DNA of 64,000 bases, from assembly GCA_045544955.1 (NCBI GenBank), contig JAZPZY010000065.1:67-64066 (forward strand). The letters are read 5' to 3'. Positions 1-8,495 of the stretch are shown here, piece after piece (positions within the stretch are counted from its first letter, which is position 1; the number at the start of each line of letters is the position of its first letter). Made by a program: the position numbers and the translations under genes. Source of the stretch: Eubacteriales bacterium (GTDB lineage Bacteria > Bacillota > Clostridia > Oscillospirales > CAG-272). The notes under the pieces were generated by a model. That model searched no databases. It saw nothing but the letters and a program-made list of their open reading frames with translations, and had not been told where the DNA came from.

Positions 1-41
1 TTTTATTTGCTTTCTGCTCACCGGCTATAGCCTCTTTTGAA

Positions 42-64
42 CCCCGCCACTATGGCGGGGTTTT
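42..64 (+). terminator. Intrinsic terminator-like hairpin at the window edge
   Basis: Stem ccccgcc / ggcgggg with loop actat, followed by tttt. It would end a + strand gene lying upstream of the window. Confidence 0.5.
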
Positions 65-71
65 CATAATA

Positions 72-132
72 CAAAAAAACAGTAGCATCCCATTTGGGAT
101 GCTACTGTTTTTGGTGACCCGTAGGGGAATCG
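72..132. repeat. Direct repeat copy A (61 nt): terminator hairpin plus 21-nt fragment of the tRNA-Glu 3' end
   Basis: Identical to 222-282 except at 94/244 (t/c) and 123/273 (a/g). Period is exactly 150 nt. Copy A diverges from the tRNA after ...gaatcg (132), inside the T-loop. Confidence 0.9.
79..108. terminator. Hairpin (13-bp stem) flanked by A- and T-runs, inside repeat copy A
   Basis: acagtagcatccc-attt-gggatgctactgt with aaaaaa upstream and ttttt downstream. It could terminate in either direction. Confidence 0.6.
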
Positions 133-166
133 CTCTCGGCTGCGGCCTCGGTCAGGGTGCGGAAAA

Positions 167-183
167 ACAGTCCCCCGGACTGT
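167..183. terminator. Small bidirectional terminator-like hairpin between the two repeat copies
   Basis: acagtcc-ccc-ggactgt flanked by aaaaa (5') and ttttttt (3'). Confidence 0.45.
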
Positions 184-221
184 TTTTTTACACGCACCCG
201 TTCGATTCCCCTTCGTTTTAT

Positions 222-282
222 CAAAAAAACAGTAGCATCCCATCTGGGATGCTACTGTTTTTGGTGACCCGTGGGGGAATCG
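222..282. repeat. Direct repeat copy B (61 nt), contiguous with the intact tRNA-Glu
   Basis: See copy A. This copy continues into a complete tRNA. Confidence 0.9.
229..258 (-). terminator. Intrinsic terminator of tRNA-Glu
   Basis: 13-bp stem acagtagcatccc/gggatgctactgt, 3 nt downstream of the tRNA CCA end on the minus strand. A U-run is supplied by the + strand aaaaaaa at 223-229. Confidence 0.7.
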
Positions 283-336
283 AACCCCCGTCTTCGCCGT
301 GAGAGGGCGACGTCTTAGCCGCTTGACTAACAGGCC
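262..336 (-). tRNA. tRNA-Glu, anticodon CUC, with encoded CCA
   Basis: The reverse complement is GGCCTGTTAGTCAAGCGGCTAAGACGTCGCCCTCTCACGGCGAAGACGGGGGTTCGATTCCCCCACGGGTCACCA. It folds by hand into a cloverleaf: 7-bp acceptor stem with two G-U pairs, anticodon stem TCGCC/GGCGA, loop CT-CTC-AC, T-arm GGGGG-TTCGATT-CCCCC. It closely resembles Firmicute tRNA-Glu. Confidence 0.9.
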
Positions 337-355
337 GTTTTTCAACTGCCCGTAT

Positions 356-384
356 AGTATACCACAACCAAGGCGGCTTGTCAA
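356..384 (-). promoter_or_regulatory. Sigma-A type promoter for tRNA-Glu
   Basis: Minus strand reads TTGACA-N17-TATACT. The -10 ends about 19 nt upstream of the mature tRNA 5' end. Confidence 0.6.
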
Positions 385-442
385 CACCTTTTCACGGATT
401 TTTCGTATTTTTTTCGACTCTTTCGCTCTGCGAAAGAGAAGA

Positions 443-1003
443 TCAGCCTTCCATTACCGTTCCGTCGGGATGGAACAGCGGCAGGGGATTCAGATAAATC
501 AGATCCTCCCGGCTTTGTGCATCGCCCTCGGCAAGAATCGCCATTTTTCCAACGATATTGCCGCCGGCCGCCTCAACCAGTTTTTCTACCGCCGCCAGAG
601 ATTCACCGGTGGAGATCACATCGTCCACGATAAGGATCCGCTTTCCCTTCATCAATGCCGCATCCGCACCGTCCAGGTACAGCTTCTGTTCGCCCTCGGT
701 GGTGATGGAGTTCACGGTAACCTCAAACACGCTGGTCATATACAGCTTGGCTTTCTTCCGGGCGATGAAGTACTTCTGATTGCCGGCAAGGCGAGCCATC
801 TCGTGTGCCAGCGGAATTCCCTTTGCCTCGGCAGTAATAATATAATCGTAAGCCGGTGCACGGGCAAGCAGTGCTTCTGCCGCCGCGGTAGTCAGTTCGG
901 GATCGCCGAAGATCACGAACGCCCCGATGGAAAGGTTCTCGTTCACCGGGCAGATCGGCAGTGCGCGCTTCAAGCCCGCAATGGTCATTTCATATGTTTT
1001 CAT
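443..1003 (-). CDS. Type I phosphoribosyltransferase family protein (purine PRT-like)
   Basis: 186-aa ORF with PRPP-binding loop ILIVDDVISTGES. Size and layout match purine/adenine-xanthine-type PRTs. The substrate cannot be assigned from sequence alone. Confidence 0.7.
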   Translation of the reverse strand: MKTYEMTIAGLKRALPICPVNENLSIGAFVIFGDPELTTAAAEALLARAPAYDYIITAEAKGIPLAHEMARLAGNQKYFIARKKAKLYMTSVFEVTVNSITTEGEQKLYLDGADAALMKGKRILIVDDVISTGESLAAVEKLVEAAGGNIVGKMAILAEGDAQSREDLIYLNPLPLFHPDGTVMEG

Positions 1004-1067
1004 TGGCTTTCTCCTCTATACCGTCCAGCACACCACGGTGTGCCGGAACAGGATTTATAAAGACAAA

Positions 1068-3485
1068 TTAACTTCTGAGAACGGCACCGCAGTCCGCTTC
1101 CAGTTTTTTGAGGATCTTCTTTACGGTGCTGTCTGCTTCTTCATCGGTCAGCGTACGGTCAGCGGCACGGAGCATCACGGAGAAGGACACGCTCTTCTTG
1201 CCCTCGCCGATCTGGGGACCGCGGTAAATATCAAACAGGTGTACCGATTCCACAAGGGCACCGCCGGCACGCTGCATGCAGGAGCTGAGAACGCCCACCG
1301 TCTGCTCTTCATTGCACACGAAGGAGAAGTCACGCTCCAGTGCCGGGTATTTGGGCAGCTGGGTATACTCCGGCATCTCCTCCCGGGCGGCGAACAGTGC
1401 ATCAAAATTCAACTCGGCCACAGCGGTAACGGCGTCGATATTGTAGTTAGCGATGGTCAAGGGATGAATCTGACCGAAGATACCGATCTCGGTTTCGCCC
1501 ACCACAACCTTGGCACAGCGGCCGGGATGGAATGCGTTTTCCGTAGTGCAGGGAACGAATTCCGCATTCTTTACGCGGAGAGCGGAAAGCAATGCTTCCA
1601 CATAGCCCTTCATAGCGAAGAAGGTATTGGCAGCCTTATCGTCATTCCGGTAGATACCGATCACGGCACGACGTTGCTCGTCCGGCAGCTGATCCTTTTC
1701 ACCCGGGATATACACGCTGCCCAGTTCAAACAGGCTCACGTCGCGGTTCTTCACGGCGGCGTTGTTTTCCAGAATCTTCAGCATGGAGGGAACGGCCGTG
1801 GTACGCATGATAGAGGTATCCTCGCCCAGCGGATTGGTGATAACCACGCTCTTGCGGCGGGGATCGTCTGCCGTCATGCGGATCTTATCGTAGAATTTGG
1901 GGCTGATAAAGGAGAACGTCTCCGCCTCGCACATGCCCATGCCGGTCAGTGCATCACGGATAGTGAGTTCAAACTGCTGGCGTGCCGTACGTCCGCCCTG
2001 GGTAGTAACGCCCATAAGCGGTGCGGATTCGATCTTGGTATAGCCGTAGATACGGAGCACTTCCTCCGCCACGTCGCTCATGCAGCGAACGTCGTCACGG
2101 AAGGAAGGAACGGTCAGCTTCGTACCGTCCACGCCGAAATGCAGAGAGCGAAGAATGTCTGCCATATATTCCTCGGTAAGATGCACGCCGAGGAAGGCGT
2201 TGATGCGCTCTGCATCCAGCTCCATGGTATACGGTGCGGAGGGGGCGGGATATTCGTCAATGGTACCGTCTACCACCTCACCGGCGCCGAGAAGCTCAAC
2301 AAGCTCGCAGGCACGGTCCAGTGCCGCCATGCTCTGCTCCCGGTCCAGTCCCTTTTCAAACCGTCCGGAGCTTTCGGTACGCATGCCCAGCTTTTTGCCG
2401 GAAACGCGCACGCTGGGTCCGTTGAACATGGCGCTCTCAAACACAACGGTTTTCGTACCGTCGGTGATCTCGCTGTTTTCGCCGCCCATTACGCCGGCAA
2501 GAGCCACCGGCTTTTTCGCATCGGCGATTACCAGCATGGTATCGTCCAGCGTATGGGGCACGCTGTCCAGGGAAACGAATTTCTCTTCGTTCTCCGCACA
2601 GCGGACCACGATCCGGCTGCCGTCAAGGCAGGCATAGTCGAAGGCGTGCATGGGCTGGCCGTATTCCAGCATCACGTAGTTCGTAATGTCTACGATATTG
2701 GAGATGGGGCGTACACCGGCGGCACGGAGACGCATCCGCAGCCACAGGGGCGACGGTTCGATCTTTACGTTCTTCACCACGCGGGCGCTGTATCGGTAGC
2801 AGAGAGACGGCTCCCGGATCTCCACGTTCAGATAGTTTTCGATCTTATCGCCGTCGTTCTTCACGGCAGGCTTCTTCGGCGCAGGCACGGTCAGTGCACG
2901 ACCAAAGCTGACGGCACTTTCCCTGGCGAGGCCGATGACGGAAAGGCAGTCCGGACGGTTGGAGGTGATCTCGAATTCCACCACGTCGTCACGGAGCATG
3001 AGCACGTCACGGATGTCCGCACCGGGCACCGCATCACCCAGACCTACGTGATTCAGAATCAGAATACCGTCCTCGATGGCACCGGGCATATCGTGCAAGG
3101 TCAAACCAAGTTCCGCAATGGAGCAAAGCATGCCGTTGGACGCCACGCCGCGGAGCTTGCCGGCCTTGATGGTCACGCCGCCGGGCAGTTTTGCCGGTGC
3201 TTTGGCAACGGGAACCACCGCACCCTCGAACACGTTCTGAGCACCGGTTACGATCTGGATATCCTCACCCGTACCGCAGTCCAGCATGCAGATCTGCAGA
3301 TGATCGGAATTTTCGTGTTTGGTAATGGCAGTAATCCGCCCCACCACTACGTTTTCAATATCTTCCGCAAGAGACTCGTACCCCTCCACCTTGGAGCCGG
3401 TATCCGTCATGCGGTCGCAGTAGTTTTTGATATTCACGTCGCTGACGTCCGTAAAGTCCGCCAGCCATTTCATAGAAAGTTTCAT
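1068..3485 (-). CDS. pheT: Phenylalanine--tRNA ligase beta subunit
   Basis: 805 aa. N-terminus MKLSMKWLADF... is typical of PheT. Length and domain order fit, and it lies 35 nt downstream of pheS. Confidence 0.95.
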   Translation of the reverse strand: MKLSMKWLADFTDVSDVNIKNYCDRMTDTGSKVEGYESLAEDIENVVVGRITAITKHENSDHLQICMLDCGTGEDIQIVTGAQNVFEGAVVPVAKAPAKLPGGVTIKAGKLRGVASNGMLCSIAELGLTLHDMPGAIEDGILILNHVGLGDAVPGADIRDVLMLRDDVVEFEITSNRPDCLSVIGLARESAVSFGRALTVPAPKKPAVKNDGDKIENYLNVEIREPSLCYRYSARVVKNVKIEPSPLWLRMRLRAAGVRPISNIVDITNYVMLEYGQPMHAFDYACLDGSRIVVRCAENEEKFVSLDSVPHTLDDTMLVIADAKKPVALAGVMGGENSEITDGTKTVVFESAMFNGPSVRVSGKKLGMRTESSGRFEKGLDREQSMAALDRACELVELLGAGEVVDGTIDEYPAPSAPYTMELDAERINAFLGVHLTEEYMADILRSLHFGVDGTKLTVPSFRDDVRCMSDVAEEVLRIYGYTKIESAPLMGVTTQGGRTARQQFELTIRDALTGMGMCEAETFSFISPKFYDKIRMTADDPRRKSVVITNPLGEDTSIMRTTAVPSMLKILENNAAVKNRDVSLFELGSVYIPGEKDQLPDEQRRAVIGIYRNDDKAANTFFAMKGYVEALLSALRVKNAEFVPCTTENAFHPGRCAKVVVGETEIGIFGQIHPLTIANYNIDAVTAVAELNFDALFAAREEMPEYTQLPKYPALERDFSFVCNEEQTVGVLSSCMQRAGGALVESVHLFDIYRGPQIGEGKKSVSFSVMLRAADRTLTDEEADSTVKKILKKLEADCGAVLRS

Positions 3486-3520
3486 TCGTTTATTTCTCCT
3501 GTACTGTAATCAAACCGCAA

Positions 3521-4534
3521 TCAGAATTGCGAGAGGAAGCGGACGTCGTTTTCGTAAAGCAGACGCATATCGTCGATATGATATTTCAGCATGGCGATAC
3601 GCTCGATGCCCATACCGAAGGCAAAGCCGCTGTATACGGTAGGATCAATGCCGCCCATGGTAAGTACGTTGGGGTGCACCATACCGGCACCGAGGATCTC
3701 GATCCATCCCTCGCCCTTGCAGAGACGGCAGCCCTTGCCGCCGCAGGCAAAGCAGGATACGTCCACTTCCGCAGACGGCTCAGTGAAGGGGAAATGATGG
3801 GGACGGAAGCGAACCTTCGTCTCGGCCCCGAACATCGTCTGTGCGAACATTTCAAGAGCGCCCTTCAGATTGCCCATGGTAACGCCCTTATCGATCACGA
3901 GACCTTCCATCTGATGGAACAGCGGAGAGTGGGTGGCATCCACAGCGTCGGAACGGTATACCCGTCCGGGGGATACGATGCGGATCGGCGGCTTTCTGTT
4001 TTCCATAGTCCGTGCCTGCACGGAGGAAGTTTGGGTGCGGAGCAGGATATTATCGCTGATATAGAAGGTATCCTGCGTATCCCGTGCCGGGTGATCCGGC
4101 GGAATGTTGAGTGCCTGGAAGTTGTAATAATCGTACTCCACCTCAGGGCCTTCCACAATATCGAAGCCCATGCCGATAAAGATCTCCTCCATCTCCCGCT
4201 GAATACGGGCGATGGGATGCACGTGGCCCACGGAAACGGGCGTACCCGGGACGGTAACGTCCACCTTTTCCGCGGTAAGCCGTGCGTTAAGCTGGGCTGC
4301 CTTCTGCTCTTCTGCACGGGCGGTCAGCTCACGCTCAATAGCCTCACGGACTTCATTGGCGATCTGCCCTACCACGGGACGTTCCTCGGCACTGAGCTGT
4401 CCCATACCGCGAAGCACAGCCGTCAGTTCCCCTTTTTTACCAAGATATCGGATGCGGATCGCTTCCAGATCCGCGTCGGGAGCCTTGATGGCAGAAAGCG
4501 CATCCTCCCGGATTTTAAGCAGCGTGTCTTTCAT
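3521..4534 (-). CDS. pheS: Phenylalanine--tRNA ligase alpha subunit
   Basis: The ORF is open to 4687, but the ATG at 4534 is preceded by GGAG (aaaaaggagtatataaataaaATG) and gives 337 aa. Class II motifs are present ([28 protein letters not shown]). The upstream part of the ORF overlaps the T-box terminator. Confidence 0.95.
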   Translation of the reverse strand: MKDTLLKIREDALSAIKAPDADLEAIRIRYLGKKGELTAVLRGMGQLSAEERPVVGQIANEVREAIERELTARAEEQKAAQLNARLTAEKVDVTVPGTPVSVGHVHPIARIQREMEEIFIGMGFDIVEGPEVEYDYYNFQALNIPPDHPARDTQDTFYISDNILLRTQTSSVQARTMENRKPPIRIVSPGRVYRSDAVDATHSPLFHQMEGLVIDKGVTMGNLKGALEMFAQTMFGAETKVRFRPHHFPFTEPSAEVDVSCFACGGKGCRLCKGEGWIEILGAGMVHPNVLTMGGIDPTVYSGFAFGMGIERIAMLKYHIDDMRLLYENDVRFLSQF

Positions 4535-4594
4535 TTTATTTATATACTCCTTTTTGATTTGCAATTTGATAAGCGAATGCCGTTCGGCATCTGC

Positions 4595-4848
4595 AGAAAA
4601 CAAAAACAGCCCCGTCCCAAACATCGGGACGGGGCGAAAAATCGCACCGCGGTACCACCCGCATTCCGGCGAAGAGCCAACACTCACGGGATCTGTAACG
4701 GGATCACCCGGGCAGAACTACTGACAGTTTCATTCCGCCAACTCCGAAGGGAAATGCTTTCTCACCACCGGCAGACGGCTTTCAGCCGAGACCGTCCTCT
4801 CTGCAGCCGGGAAAACGGGGAAAAAGCGAGCTTCATCACAGTTTTTAC
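4595..4848 (-). promoter_or_regulatory. T-box leader (tRNA-Phe sensing) with terminator/antiterminator
   Basis: The minus strand carries the conserved T-box core GGGTGGTACCGCG (+ coords 4648-4660). This is followed by the terminator gccccgtccc/gggacggggc (4609-4635) and a U-run (+ strand A-run 4595-4606). An AGAGAG and GGTGGTGAG stem I-like segment lies upstream. The candidate UUC specifier followed by a purine is at 4746-4748 (tentative). Confidence 0.85.
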
Positions 4849-4854
4849 CGTATT

Positions 4855-4883
4855 ATCATATCACACTTTCACGAAAAGTGCAA
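4855..4883 (-). promoter_or_regulatory. Sigma-A type promoter of the pheST T-box leader
   Basis: Minus strand reads TTGCAC-N17-TATGAT. Confidence 0.55.
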
Positions 4884-4912
4884 CAGATAACGGGAAATTT
4901 TTTAGATGTTTC

Positions 4913-5440
4913 TTATTTTTTCAGAGAATCCACCACGTACGCCTGATACGCCTCCGTCACGGCCGCCGTATCGGGGGAAACGCAGAAGATCACGTACCGT
5001 CCGTGGCAGGCTATCAGTGCATCCGTCAGCTTTTCGGATTCCTTCATATTGTAATCCGCATACACGTCCGCCATCTCCGTGCAGTACTCACGGATCCGTG
5101 CTTCGGCCGTTTCCGCATCCGTAGCACTCTGACAGCGAAGAAGCACCAGTGCTTCAGCCGTAGCACCCGTACTGCCGTAAGCGGCAATATCGTTATACAG
5201 ACCGCTGATGTCAAACAGTCCGGCGGCAATCTCCGGCTCCAGCTGCAAAAGCGTATCGTCAAAGGTCAGCTGAGAAAGCAGTGTCTCCGCCATATCGGAC
5301 ACGTCCAGCGTCAGATCGTTCATATTGATTTTGGAAATATCCAAGGGCTCCGTGCGCACACAGGCAGTGAGCAGGCAAAGGACGAGAAGCAGTGCCGCAC
5401 TGCAAAGAAGTTTCTTTATCGGACGGTGGTTACTATGCAT
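4913..5440 (-). CDS. DUF4358-like lipoprotein
   Basis: The start at M36 of the track ORF gives MHSNHRPIKKLLCSAALLLVLCLLTAC, a signal peptide with lipobox LLTAC. The C-terminal part (STGATAEALVLL...GRYVIFCVSPD) matches my recollection of the DUF4358 family. Confidence 0.7.
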   Translation of the reverse strand: MHSNHRPIKKLLCSAALLLVLCLLTACVRTEPLDISKINMNDLTLDVSDMAETLLSQLTFDDTLLQLEPEIAAGLFDISGLYNDIAAYGSTGATAEALVLLRCQSATDAETAEARIREYCTEMADVYADYNMKESEKLTDALIACHGRYVIFCVSPDTAAVTEAYQAYVVDSLKK

Positions 5441-5508
5441 AGTGAAGAATCCCTTTCCTGACAAATACGTATATTTCCTGTGGATGTCCGAACCTATCAT
5501 ACCCCTTA

Positions 5509-6588
5509 TCAGGGCAGCGGATGCGTCCGGAGATAATCCGCCCATTTTCTGGACGAAGCCCCGCCCAGATGGATGCCGTCCGTGGAATCGGCGGCAACCA
5601 GATCGCCGTTTTCATCGGCGAATATTTCGATAACGTCCATAAAGTAGATTCCCTTGCTTTCGCAAAGTGCACGAAGGAGCGTGTTGTACGAGGCAACCTT
5701 GCCGTTGCCTCCCATGGCGGCATACCGCTCCGACTCCGCCGTTACCTTGGACATGGGGAGCACGGACTGCACGCATACGGACGCATCGGGCAGTTTTTCC
5801 TGTATCAGATCGATCAAAGCTTCGTAGCAATCCAGGAAAGACTGCGCGGAAGGCCAGCCGATCTCGTTGATGCCGAATGCCAGATACACCTTGGTAAAGG
5901 ATTTATTTTCCGTCAGAGCCTCGGCAAGGGTGAGTTTCTTCTCTCCGGAAGAAACGTACGCTTTGCTCAGCACCGTGGAAATATTCAGCCCCTGCTCCGA
6001 ATAGAAATTGGATTTCAGCCCGGAATACAGGCCGAGTCCCACCGTACGGGAATCACCGATAAACAAGGCGTCCGCAAAGTAGGTGTCCTCCACGCGTGCA
6101 GATTCCGGAACCGTCACGATCTGTACGGGCGGTTCCGTCACCGCCGGCGGCTCCGTAGTCACAGGTGGCTCCGTAGTCACGGGCGGTTCCGTGGTTACGG
6201 GGGGCGCCGCGGTCACAGGCGGTTCCGTGGTTACAGGCGGTGCCGTGGTCACAGGCGGTTCCGTGGTCACAGGCGGTTCCGTAGTCACAGGCGGTGCCGT
6301 GGTCACAGGCGATTCCGTGGTTACGGGCGGTGCCGTGGTCACAGGCGATTCCGTGGTTACGGGCGGTGCCGTGGTTACTGCAATAGGCGGCACGGCACGT
6401 GTCGTTTCCGCCTGCACGTGCTCCGTCGCCGGATCGGCGTCACGGAACAGTTCCCCATTGTATTCCACTACAGCCCAAACGACGGCGAGACAAATCGCCA
6501 GCACGGCAAAAACAGCAGCCAGCTGGTATTTATTCTCCTGCAGCAACGGATTGACAGCATCCGATGTGGTGTGTTTGGTATTTGGCAT
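5509..6588 (-). CDS. Membrane-anchored SGNH/GDSL-family hydrolase with Pro/Thr-rich repeat linker
   Basis: N-terminal TM helix (LAAVFAVLAICLAVVWAVV). About 15 tandem PPVTT[EA] hexapeptides. C-terminal SGNH fold motifs are present (FIGDSRTVG block I, AFGINE block, DGIHL block V). Confidence 0.8.
   Translation of the reverse strand: MPNTKHTTSDAVNPLLQENKYQLAAVFAVLAICLAVVWAVVEYNGELFRDADPATEHVQAETTRAVPPIAVTTAPPVTTESPVTTAPPVTTESPVTTAPPVTTEPPVTTEPPVTTAPPVTTEPPVTAAPPVTTEPPVTTEPPVTTEPPAVTEPPVQIVTVPESARVEDTYFADALFIGDSRTVGLGLYSGLKSNFYSEQGLNISTVLSKAYVSSGEKKLTLAEALTENKSFTKVYLAFGINEIGWPSAQSFLDCYEALIDLIQEKLPDASVCVQSVLPMSKVTAESERYAAMGGNGKVASYNTLLRALCESKGIYFMDVIEIFADENGDLVAADSTDGIHLGGASSRKWADYLRTHPLP
6124..6393 (-). 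repeat. In-frame 18-bp tandem repeat array (about 15 units) encoding PPVTT[E/A]
   Basis: Visible on the + strand as reiterated ggcggttccgtggtcaca-like units. It lies in frame within the SGNH hydrolase gene. Confidence 0.9.
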
Positions 6589-6933
6589 TACTCTATCCTT
6601 ACTTTCGTCCTGCCGGACGAAACGCAGTCAATCAACAGAAATCATCGTGTAAAAAACATGCTTTGGTACGAAAATTTGCACGGCAAAGAAACACCGACAC
6701 ATATTCTATTATATTATACAGGATTTGATGCACCATTTCAATACTCTTTCTGCATTTTTCGTTTTTTTCCAGCGACTTTTGTCAAAAAGCGGGAAGGCAC
6801 TCATTTGCTCCCTGCGAGAAATGAAAAACACAAATTTTTGCATGTTCCGATCAAAAAACTTGCATTTTACTATTGCTATTCAAGAAAAAATATGGTACAA
6901 TAATCGGGTAATTCTGAAAAGGAGCTTTTCAAA

Positions 6934-8289
6934 ATGAAAATCAAAAACGCATATCTTGCAGATCTCTATGAGAGAACCGCTGCACACAACCCGGGCGAAC
7001 CCGAATTTCTTCAGACTGTAGCCGAGGTGCTGGAATCCCTCTCTCCCGTAGCCGATCAGCGTCCTGACCTTATCGAGGCCGGCGTGTTCGAGCGTATGGT
7101 AGAGCCGGAGCGTGTGATCATGTTCCGTGTAAGCTGGGTGGACGACAACGGCAAGGTACAGGTAAACCGCGGTTACCGTGTACAGTTCAACTCCGCTATC
7201 GGCCCGTACAAGGGAGGCATCCGCTTCGCACCCAACGTAAACCTGTCCATCATGAAATTTTTGGGCTTTGAGCAGACCTTCAAAAACTCTCTCACTTCCC
7301 TGCCCATGGGCGGCGCCAAGGGCGGCTCCGACTTTGATCCCAACGGCAAGAGCGATGCAGAGGTTATGCGTTTCTGCCAGAGCTTCATGACCGAGCTGCA
7401 GAAGCACATCGGTCCCGACACGGATGTTCCCGCCGGTGACCTTGGCGTAGGTGCCCGTGAGATCGGTTATATGTACGGCCAGTACAAGAGACTCCGCAAT
7501 GAGTGCTCCGGCGGCGTGCTCACCGGTAAGGATCGCTCCAGCGGCGGCTCCCTCATCCGTCCCGAGGCTACCGGATACGGTGCCGTTTACTACACCGTTG
7601 AAATGCTCAAGACGCTGGGCGAGAGCATCGAGGGCAAGACCTTCGTTGTATCCGGCTTCGGCAACGTAGCATGGGGTACCGTTAAGAAGGTAACCGAGCT
7701 TGGCGGTAAGGTTGTGGTTATCTCCGGTCCCGACGGCTACATCTACGACGAGAACGGCGTAAACACCGAAGAAAAGATCAACTTCATGCTGGAAATGCGT
7801 GCATCCGGCCGCAACAAGGTGCAGGATTACGCCGACAAGTTCGGTGTTCCCTTCTTCGCAGGTCAGAAGCCCTGGGGCGTTAAGGCGGATATCCTCATGC
7901 CCTGTGCTACGCAGAATGAGGTTCAGCTGGAAGACGCTAAGAAGATCGTTGCAAACGGCGTGAAGTACTACGTTGAGGTTTCCAACATGCCCACCACCAA
8001 CGAGGCTGTGGCTTACCTGAAGGAGAACGGCGTAGTCATCGCTCCCTCCAAGGCAGTAAACGCCGGCGGCGTTTCCGTTTCCGGTCTGGAGATGTCCCAG
8101 AACTCCATGCGTTACAGCTGGACTGCGGAAGAAGTGGACGAGAAGCTCCGCATGATCATGAAGAACATCTACAAGGCATCCTGGGATGCCGCCAAGGAAT
8201 ACGGCATGGAAGGCGACCTGGTTGCAGGTGCCAACATCGCCGGCTTCCTCAAGGTTGCCACCGCTATGAAGTGGCAGGGTGTGGTCTGA
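6934..8289 (+). CDS. gdhA: NADP-specific glutamate dehydrogenase
   Basis: 451 aa. Hallmark motifs are present: catalytic-Lys region GPYKGGIRF, LPMGGAKGGSDFDP, and dinucleotide fold VSGFGNVAW. RBS aaaggag lies upstream. Confidence 0.95.
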   Translation: MKIKNAYLADLYERTAAHNPGEPEFLQTVAEVLESLSPVADQRPDLIEAGVFERMVEPERVIMFRVSWVDDNGKVQVNRGYRVQFNSAIGPYKGGIRFAPNVNLSIMKFLGFEQTFKNSLTSLPMGGAKGGSDFDPNGKSDAEVMRFCQSFMTELQKHIGPDTDVPAGDLGVGAREIGYMYGQYKRLRNECSGGVLTGKDRSSGGSLIRPEATGYGAVYYTVEMLKTLGESIEGKTFVVSGFGNVAWGTVKKVTELGGKVVVISGPDGYIYDENGVNTEEKINFMLEMRASGRNKVQDYADKFGVPFFAGQKPWGVKADILMPCATQNEVQLEDAKKIVANGVKYYVEVSNMPTTNEAVAYLKENGVVIAPSKAVNAGGVSVSGLEMSQNSMRYSWTAEEVDEKLRMIMKNIYKASWDAAKEYGMEGDLVAGANIAGFLKVATAMKWQGVV

Positions 8290-8305
8290 TAGAATACATA
8301 AAATG

Positions 8306-8334
8306 GGGGAGCCTCTTTTGGGAGAGGCTCCCCC
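8306..8334 (+). terminator. Intrinsic terminator of gdhA
   Basis: gggggagcctc-tttt-gggagaggctcccc hairpin 17 nt after the stop, followed by a T-containing tract. Confidence 0.7.
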
Positions 8335-8372
8335 GTCCTTTTCCGTAACACGCTATATACCAAAACACACAA

Positions 8373-8420
8373 AGTGCAGTGAAACTCACACCAAACGGTT
8401 TCACTGCACTTTTGTCTTTT
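8373..8420 (+). terminator. Second, tandem terminator-like hairpin
   Basis: agtgcagtgaaac ... gtttcactgcact stem followed by tttgtctttt. Confidence 0.5.
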
Positions 8421-8447
8421 CCTGTTATAAAAGTTTTTGGGAAGGGT

Positions 8448-8481
8448 GCGGGGAACCATTTTTTCAAAAAGGGTTCCCCGC
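8448..8481. terminator. Long hairpin downstream of the convergent ABC exporter operon
   Basis: gcggggaacc ... ggttccccgc with an internal ttttt/aaaaa extension, 15 nt beyond the stop at 8496. No clean U-run on the minus strand. Confidence 0.4.
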
Positions 8482-8495
8482 ATATCTTTTCACGT

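Noticed and set aside
64-387. 107-aa minus ORF and 67-aa plus ORF (99-302) with internally repeated peptide segments
   Set aside because: The internal peptide repeats are simply the translated 61-nt DNA duplication. The ORFs overlap a tRNA and three terminator hairpins, so they are not protein-coding.
927-3509. 860-aa + strand ORF
   Set aside because: It lies entirely antisense to the well-supported pheT gene. The translation is low-complexity and rich in His/Gly/Ala/Arg, with no SD. This is a typical shadow ORF of a high-GC coding region.
3527-5461. 644-aa + strand ORF
   Set aside because: It runs antisense across pheS, through the T-box leader and promoter, and across the DUF4358-like gene. 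It has no coherent domain content. It is a shadow ORF.
6083-6652. Possible CRISPR-like or VNTR non-coding array at 6124-6393, and a 189-aa + strand ORF full of GGSVVT repeats
   Set aside because: The 18-bp units are contiguous with no spacers. They are in frame with the SGNH hydrolase on the minus strand. The + strand ORF is the antisense reading of the same repeat.
6589-6933. 345-nt AT-rich gap upstream of gdhA as a riboswitch or sRNA locus, and the 70-aa ORF at 6725-6937
   Set aside because: I found no conserved riboswitch core, no stable stem series and no terminator. It most likely holds divergent promoter regions. The ORF has no SD and runs into the gdhA start.
8335-8495. Three consecutive hairpins between gdhA and the ABC operon as a small RNA gene
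   Set aside because: No promoter-like element precedes any of them. They are adequately explained as tandem or convergent terminators.
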